Shown here: positions 26,710-31,835 of the stretch, one piece after another
Layout of the letters: each line of letters begins with the position of its first letter
Numbering within the stretch: position 1 is the stretch's first letter
Origin: a virus
Taxonomy: Duplodnaviria > Caudoviricetes
Length of the DNA: 31,835 nucleotides
Strand: one strand, 5' to 3'
Virus record (IMG/VR): IMGVR_UViG_3300035675_000022
Coordinates: 1 to 31,835 of that record
Notes under the pieces: generated by a model
Told to the model about the DNA's origin: nothing
The model's input: the letters and a program-made list of their open reading frames with translations, nothing else
Database searches by the model: none
Translations under genes and position numbers: made by a program

Positions 26710-28137
26710 TCACCACTCGAACATGTCGCCCGTGGGCACACTGTCCGGGGACCATTCTAGCTCAGAGGGATCCCGAGACAGCCGCCGCTCCCGTTCCCAG
26801 GCCCAGCGGGCATCATCCGGCACCTGGTCCGCTGTCCGCCCGGCGACCAGCACCGGCTCCATCGGAAGCTCCGGCCAGGTCATCACCGCATACCGCAACG
26901 CATCGCACAGATCGTCGTCGAGCTTGAAGGGCGTTTCGCGCCCCTTCTCGCCCGTCGCCTTGTTGCTGGTGTCCTTCCACCGATACGACCGCAGTTGCTG
27001 CACCAGCAACGGGCAGGCGGACTCGACGATCTTCAGCCGTCCGATCTTGAGCCAGGAGAGGATCCGCTGGATGCCGGCCCAGACTTGGTTTTCGGCAGCA
27101 GACGCAGAGATGCCGTGTTGCGCGAGTTCGATCTGGACCTGGGCGGCGCTCCGGTCGATCCCGTAGCGGATGTCCGCATAGCCGACCCCGAGGCTGCGAA
27201 CAGCGACTGCATGTTCTGCGACTGACGCCATCCGCTTGGAATATTCCTTGATGCACACCAGCCCTTGCGGCGCCGCCACCAGCGCAACAGCCGCAAAGGG
27301 ATGATCCGCGCCGGGATCCATGCCAACCACCAGGGGGTGTCGAGGATCCGGATCGGGCCAGGACGGTAGGACGGCACGTACCTCGTTGTCGTTGTGGAGA
27401 ATCGCCTGCTCGATCTTGTCGCCATAGATCGCCCCCTCGAAGCTGACAAACTCCGCCTCGAACTCCTGCTTGAACCACAACGGGTCCATCGTGGCCCGCG
27501 CCTCGTCCACTTCCTCTTTCGGAATCGCGGGGTTGTCGATGGTCTTGTAGCGCACCGCCCAGTAGCCGCGCGTCTGATGCGGGCCGGGCTGCGCCCGTTT
27601 GTAGACGGTGTGGTAGAGCCAGTCGAAGCCGTTGGGCGACGTGGTGAACCAGGAGACGCCACGCTTGTCCGCCAACGCGGGGCGCAGAGTATCCCAGACG
27701 ACCTGGCGCATCTTCCGGCACTCGTCGAGCCAGGCCCAGTCGAGCGAGGGACCGCGCATCCGCTCCGGATCCTCGCCTGACCGGAACTGGATCAGGCTGC
27801 CGTTTTTCAGTTTCAACTCGAAATGCTGCTCCGACCAGTCCTCAATCGCCTCACGCGGCATGATCCGCAGGACGGCGGGAATCACGTAGTCGTGCAGATC
27901 GCCATACGTCGGCGCCACGCACCAGCCAACCGTGCGCGGGACGGCAGACTCCTCCACCGCACTGATGCCGCCGACGAACGTCTTTCCGCCGCGCCGGCCC
28001 GCGATCAACGCGAGCCGCTGAAACGCGCGGGTGCCATCGGCCAGCCGTTGCCGCCGCGCCTGGAGGAACGCTTGCTGGTAAGGGTTGTGGAGGATGCGAA
28101 TGCTGGTCTGAGCGTTCGCGCGCGTCAACCGGCTCAT
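26710..28137 (-). CDS. terL: Terminase large subunit (475 aa)
   Basis: Walker A AGRRGGKT, VAPTY, RG...DWAWLDE Walker B, TTSPNG coupling motif, QEFEAEF; RNase H-like nuclease GMDPG ... DDDLCDALRY. Confidence 0.95.
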   Translation of the reverse strand: MSRLTRANAQTSIRILHNPYQQAFLQARRQRLADGTRAFQRLALIAGRRGGKTFVGGISAVEESAVPRTVGWCVAPTYGDLHDYVIPAVLRIMPREAIEDWSEQHFELKLKNGSLIQFRSGEDPERMRGPSLDWAWLDECRKMRQVVWDTLRPALADKRGVSWFTTSPNGFDWLYHTVYKRAQPGPHQTRGYWAVRYKTIDNPAIPKEEVDEARATMDPLWFKQEFEAEFVSFEGAIYGDKIEQAILHNDNEVRAVLPSWPDPDPRHPLVVGMDPGADHPFAAVALVAAPQGLVCIKEYSKRMASVAEHAVAVRSLGVGYADIRYGIDRSAAQVQIELAQHGISASAAENQVWAGIQRILSWLKIGRLKIVESACPLLVQQLRSYRWKDTSNKATGEKGRETPFKLDDDLCDALRYAVMTWPELPMEPVLVAGRTADQVPDDARWAWERERRLSRDPSELEWSPDSVPTGDMFEW

Positions 28138-29156
28138 CGCGGTTTGGCTGCCTTGCGGAACAATCCTTCTTGGGCGACCGCCCTCCAGCGACCGGGATCA
28201 AGCATCGCTCCAGGTTCCATCAACCCGGCGCGCTCGAAGATGTCCCCGATACCACCGTAGTAGGGTTCGCCTTTTGCGCCGCGCAACCCCTCCCACACAT
28301 CGGCTGGAGTTTGTCCTGGTTGGTAAGGTCGTCCGACGATGCGACGGAGCGTGCCCAACGTCGCGTCTTCCAGCCGGCGATACAACTCGCCGTTCGACAG
28401 GGCGCGTCCTTCGTTCCCGACCATGTATGCCCGAATCTGCGGAAGCTGGCGTTCCAGCGTCAGGGCTGGATCAAGTCCGAGCAACTGGAGCCAGTACCGA
28501 TCCAGCGCCAACTGATCCCGTCCCATCATCTGCTGGGCCAGGGCTTCCGGCTTCATCTTGTGCCCGCCGGTCAGCAACGGCTGACCCGCAAACGCCCGCT
28601 TTACGTTGGGCAGCTTGGAGCCAACCATGCCAATGCCCATCTCGTGCATCGCTTCCGGCGTGAGATCGTCAACGCCGCGCCCAAGGATGGAAGCGGACTC
28701 CTGCCCTGACTGCACAAACTGCGTCCCAGGACTCGTCGCGCCGTAGACGCGCGCCACTTTTTCGAGTTCGTCCAGGTTGCCTCCCACGGCAGGCATGAAC
28801 CGGCGCGTCAGATCCCATTCCGCTGGGCGACGACGCGCAACCTCCAACGCATCTTCGAGCTTGGCAGCCACTGGCGAGCGCAGGGCATACCCTCCAGCGA
28901 CCGTCTTGAGTCCAGATTCAATACCCTGTGGCTTGCGCGCCAGCGCACGCGCCAGCCGACTCGCCGCCAGACTCGCGTCCGTCGCCATCGCTGCCGGCGC
29001 CGCCAGTTCCGATGGTCCCAATCCAATCGGATCCATCCGCGAGATGTTGTCGAGCGCGCGGCGGGCGAACGTCCACCAGTGATCGTAGCTGGACGGATCG
29101 GTCACGAATGACCAATCCGGTTGCTCAACACCTGGAGGCGTGAGGATCTTGGGCAT
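28134..29156 (-). CDS. Accessory protein (340 aa) with divergent HhH/DNA-glycosylase-like (DUF7178-like) domain
   Basis: GATSP...K.EALAQQMMG....ALDRYW...Y......PADVW parallels the AALSP / K..F..NI.G....TIDRH / Q...W pattern of that phage family; recalled by eye, not searched. Confidence 0.4.
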   Translation of the reverse strand: MPKILTPPGVEQPDWSFVTDPSSYDHWWTFARRALDNISRMDPIGLGPSELAAPAAMATDASLAASRLARALARKPQGIESGLKTVAGGYALRSPVAAKLEDALEVARRRPAEWDLTRRFMPAVGGNLDELEKVARVYGATSPGTQFVQSGQESASILGRGVDDLTPEAMHEMGIGMVGSKLPNVKRAFAGQPLLTGGHKMKPEALAQQMMGRDQLALDRYWLQLLGLDPALTLERQLPQIRAYMVGNEGRALSNGELYRRLEDATLGTLRRIVGRPYQPGQTPADVWEGLRGAKGEPYYGGIGDIFERAGLMEPGAMLDPGRWRAVAQEGLFRKAAKPR

Positions 29157-30109
29157 CAGCGTGTCGGAGTCCAGCCACCAGTCGGCACACCCTTGCGATC
29201 AATCGCTTCGCGCGCCACCTTCCACGCGCGGCGCGCTTCCTCGACGGGGTTCTCGCGCGTCACGAGTTGGCGCAACGACGCATCGCGGAAGTCGCTCTTG
29301 GAGACAAACGGTGTCACGCCGCTGCCCCATTCCGGAGTTCGTCCCGCACGCTTCCACCCCGCAGACTCCGACAGGATCTCCGAAGGATGCGTCATCCGAC
29401 CAGTGAGGCGGCTCCGATACCCGTGGCTCTTGGTGAGAGCTTCGTAAGCACTGTGCGCGCGAGACGGATCCGACAGATTCTGCACGGCATGACCACCCAC
29501 TTCATGCCCCACCAGGCGCATAGCCGTTGGTAGATCTGTGACAGACTGCGCGATCTTCTCTGGGTTGAAGTTCAGGTCAAAGGCGCCGCCCGCCGCCGTG
29601 GCCCGATCCTTCGCCTGCTGGAGTCCCTTGTTGCGAACGGTGTATTCCAGGCCGCGCGGATCGAAGTGCGCCGTTGCCACCTCTCCGCCGCCGCCGAGAT
29701 ACGGATTCGCCTCTGCGCCTCGCGCCGTCACCTTGCGGAAGTGACTCATCGTGCGAGGATGCGACTCCGCGAGTTGATACAGCGCATCCTGGACGTAGCC
29801 CAACCCCTTGCGCGCGGCGTCAGTGATCCCTTCAGGGATCTCCATCGTCAGCTTGGATCGCAAGACCTTTGGCCCGGCACGTCGCACCAGGGAGATCGCC
29901 ACGGGCGCGAGACTGGCGACCTCCATCGGGTTCGCCATGCCAATGATCTCTCCGCCAGGATCGCTCATGGCGTCAGAGAGGCCACGCTTGGCACGTTGCC
30001 ATAGCGAGGCATCAGGCGGGAGCGGAGCCTGTTCCGGCTCCGGAGAATTGAGCGCATCGAGCCACGGGACGCCGGTTTGGACGGCGCCCCGCTTCAGCAT
30101 GACCGGCAT
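29156..30109 (-). CDS. Accessory protein (317 aa) with zincin-like metallopeptidase motif
   Basis: LVGHEVGGHAVQ (HExxxH variant) followed by GY...HPSEILS, matching the HE..H.Q...Y...P.E..A layout of phage polyvalent-protein metallopeptidases. Confidence 0.55.
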   Translation of the reverse strand: MPVMLKRGAVQTGVPWLDALNSPEPEQAPLPPDASLWQRAKRGLSDAMSDPGGEIIGMANPMEVASLAPVAISLVRRAGPKVLRSKLTMEIPEGITDAARKGLGYVQDALYQLAESHPRTMSHFRKVTARGAEANPYLGGGGEVATAHFDPRGLEYTVRNKGLQQAKDRATAAGGAFDLNFNPEKIAQSVTDLPTAMRLVGHEVGGHAVQNLSDPSRAHSAYEALTKSHGYRSRLTGRMTHPSEILSESAGWKRAGRTPEWGSGVTPFVSKSDFRDASLRQLVTRENPVEEARRAWKVAREAIDRKGVPTGGWTPTR

Positions 30110-30110
30110 C

Positions 30111-30260
30111 TTAGCCGCACGCTTTCTTCGACGCCTTCTTCAGACTGGACTTCGCCTTCGCCGGCAGCTTGCCCTTGGGGGTTTCCTTCTCCCAGCGTTC
30201 CGCCATCTCCGGCTCGTTGGCGTACATCCAGCCCTTCTGGGCTTTGCTCTTGAACGGCAT
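30111..30260 (-). CDS. Small basic conserved phage protein (49 aa, MPFKSKAQ family)
   Basis: MPFKSKAQKGWMYANEPEMAERWEKETPKGKLP; GGAG RBS; this motif is often seen near terminase genes. Confidence 0.8.
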   Translation of the reverse strand: MPFKSKAQKGWMYANEPEMAERWEKETPKGKLPAKAKSSLKKASKKACG

Positions 30261-30273
30261 CAGCGAACTCCGA

Positions 30274-30546
30274 TCACGCGGGCGGCGCGGGCGGCGCCGC
30301 AATCGCCTTCAGCTTCGCTTCGATCTCCGTCAGCGAGGCCAGGACCGTGGCTTCCTCCGCCGGCAGCAAGCCGCCGCCCGCGATGATGTCCTTCAGCTTC
30401 GCCACTTCCGCCGCGACCTCGTTCGTCGCCGTGTTGATCGCCGCAATCGCATCCTCGAACTGCTGAATCGTCGCCATGAGATACCTCCACTGTTCTGCCA
30501 GGTTAGTCTGCCACAAGTACGTCTGATTCCGGATCCAGGTGAGCAT
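30274..30546 (-). CDS. Small coiled-coil protein (90 aa, or 67 aa from internal ATG 30477)
   Basis: Ala-rich heptads; ATG 30546 abuts the upstream TAG, and ATG 30477 has a GGAGGT RBS. Confidence 0.7.
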   Translation of the reverse strand: MLTWIRNQTYLWQTNLAEQWRYLMATIQQFEDAIAAINTATNEVAAEVAKLKDIIAGGGLLPAEEATVLASLTEIEAKLKAIAAPPAPPA

Positions 30547-30747
30547 CTACACCTTGACCCACTCTCCGCACCACTCGTCTGCCGGCGTGCGCGGGTACAC
30601 CGCATCGGCCTCGCAGTGTTCATGCGCCGACTGGCAACTGACGCCCAGGAACGGGATCGGCGCGTGCCGATGGCACTGACCGTAGCCGTTCTCCTTCACC
30701 CAGAACTTACACGTCCCGCACGATGGCACCGTCACAGGCGGCGGCAT
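30547..30747 (-). CDS. Small Cys-rich protein, HiPIP-like Fe-S or Zn binding (66 aa)
   Basis: CGTCKFW...GQCHRHAP...YP.....WCGEW; GGAGG RBS. Confidence 0.7.
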   Translation of the reverse strand: MPPPVTVPSCGTCKFWVKENGYGQCHRHAPIPFLGVSCQSAHEHCEADAVYPRTPADEWCGEWVKV

Positions 30748-30759
30748 GGCCCCCTCCGA

Positions 30760-30867
30760 TCACTTCGCGCGCGACCTGACCACTTGCATCAGCGTGGCGT
30801 GCAGGACCAATCCGGCCACGATGCCGATGGTCAGAATCCCGACGTGGTGACAAATGAGATCAAACAT
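30760..30867 (-). CDS. Single-TM minigene (35 aa)
   Basis: Not in the ORF track. MFDLICHHVGILTIGIVAGLVLHATLMQVVRSRAK*; TAATG overlap with the HNH stop; GGGAG upstream. Confidence 0.65.
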   Translation of the reverse strand: MFDLICHHVGILTIGIVAGLVLHATLMQVVRSRAK

Positions 30868-31133
30868 TACTCCCGCGCCGCCTTTCGGTTGTGTGCGCGC
30901 GTGGACATCACCCGCCAGTTGCTCTTGTCGGCAAACTTCTCCTGATCGCCTTTGTGGGGCGAGACGTGATCGATAGAGACGTTCTTGGTGTTCTTGACGC
31001 CGAGACGCTTGAGGTGGGCGGCGCGAGCTTTGCGCCAGCGCCGGTCGTAGCCGCGCTTCGCCGCGCTAGGACGATTCTCTGATCCGCTCGTCTCGTTCTT
31101 GAGATCCGGATCTTTGTCGTGCCAACTCGCCAT
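30867..31133 (-). CDS. HNH endonuclease (HK97 gp74-like), Cys-free (88 aa)
   Basis: RPSAAKRGYDRRWRKAR, IDHVSPHKGD, SNW, HNRK motifs. Confidence 0.8.
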   Translation of the reverse strand: MASWHDKDPDLKNETSGSENRPSAAKRGYDRRWRKARAAHLKRLGVKNTKNVSIDHVSPHKGDQEKFADKSNWRVMSTRAHNRKAARE

Positions 31134-31260
31134 GTCCGTTCCTGTCGCACCAGTCACAGTACACGACGACGCGCGGGGAATGCACGTCTCGCGTGCAGTG
31201 ACAGGTTAGCACGATGGCGCCGCACCGCCCACAGACGGCGGACGGGTGGGGGTCACGCAT
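31066..31260 (-). CDS. Small Cys-rich Zn-finger protein (64 aa)
   Basis: CGRC, CHC...H, CDWC; GGAGG RBS; ATG overlaps the upstream stop region; 3' end overlaps the HNH start. Confidence 0.55.
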   Translation of the reverse strand: MRDPHPSAVCGRCGAIVLTCHCTRDVHSPRVVVYCDWCDRNGHGELARQRSGSQERDERIRESS

Positions 31261-31591
31261 TCCCCTCCGGCTGGACCCGCATGGTGCCCGTCATGCCGCC
31301 GGCGAACAGCAACCCGTCTTCCTCAGAGAACCCCACGGCGGACTTCCCTTCCAGGACGTACCGCAGGCCAATGCCCATCAGTCGCGCTTCCGCCAGGGCC
31401 GCGACACAGGCGTCTGCGGTCGCCTGGTCAGGCTCCTGCCCATTGTTGAAGCGGATCATCGCCGCCTCAATCGCCGCCAACTCATGCGGCTGGAACACCG
31501 GCACGGGGCCGCGCCCCGGCACCTCAATCGTCGCCACGGCGATCTTCACGCGCTGCCTCCAGTTCACGCGGCTCCCCAACCACCGACCCAA
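31253..31591 (-). CDS. Hypothetical protein (start uncertain, possibly GTG 31537)
   Basis: Fills the gap between neighbours with genome-typical codon use. Confidence 0.6.
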   Translation of the reverse strand: MGRWLGSRVNWRQRVKIAVATIEVPGRGPVPVFQPHELAAIEAAMIRFNNGQEPDQATADACVAALAEARLMGIGLRYVLEGKSAVGFSEEDGLLFAGGMTGTMRVQPEGNA

Positions 31592-31835
31592 GCAGAGGTT
31601 CGAGGTGCCCGTCTTTCGGATGTTCCACGACGATGTTGAACTGGAACGCCGACTTGGGCGCCTGGCCGTCCTGATGCGAGTGCTTGACGAGCAACCCGCG
31701 CCCCTTCAGCGTTTCCAGCGTGTAGTCCTTGTCGCCCGACTCCAGCCCCGTGATGAGGTTGTCAATCGCCGCCGGCACCGCGCGCCCGTCGATCAGATCC
31801 TCCAACACCTTGCGCTTGGGTTCAGACGCCTTGAG
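31524..31835 (-). CDS. Putative terminase small subunit, 5'-truncated
   Basis: Frame is open to the window edge (LKASEPKRKVLEDL...); helices followed by a C-terminal beta strand (FQFNIVVEH) as in TerS; upstream of terL. Positional inference only. Confidence 0.45.
   Translation of the reverse strand, partial: LKASEPKRKVLEDLIDGRAVPAAIDNLITGLESGDKDYTLETLKGRGLLVKHSHQDGQAPKSAFQFNIVVEHPKDGHLEPLLGSVVGEPRELEAAREDRRGDD

Noticed and set aside
21473-28137. Introns or inteins in terL, portal or capsid
   Set aside because: Reading frames are continuous, sizes are ordinary, and no intein or homing-nuclease motifs were seen.
670-31835. Stop-codon reassignment
   Set aside because: Core genes are full length in the standard code, and TAG, TGA and TAA all occur at sensible gene ends.

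Overview
GC-rich (roughly two-thirds GC by eye) fragment of a tailed dsDNA phage or prophage with podovirus-like (P22/T7-type short tail) architecture. Almost the whole window (670-31835) is one tightly coupled minus-strand packaging and morphogenesis operon. In order: putative small terminase (truncated), a 9-gene accessory block (HNH, Cys-rich minigenes, a zincin-like and an HhH/glycosylase-like protein sharing an N-terminal motif), large terminase, a CAT-anticodon tRNA, portal, scaffold, major capsid, small head proteins, head-tail adaptor, a nozzle region, tail fibre/receptor-binding genes, five ejection-type genes ending in a 1755-aa protein, and a holin-like gene. Two plus-strand genes converge on it at the left end: a truncated permuted papain-like amidase and an Nmad1/DUF1599-like protein. 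The most unusual features are: (1) an apparently split tail nozzle whose N-terminal module exists as two paralogues, one bare and one carrying an extra propeller-like domain; (2) a pair of putative capsid-cargo enzymes with a shared leader; (3) complementary RNA elements, including a pseudoknot, in the spacers downstream of the capsid gene; (4) a chimeric initiator/elongator tRNA flush against the terL stop. All family assignments come from motif recognition by eye; no searches were run and the host cannot be determined.
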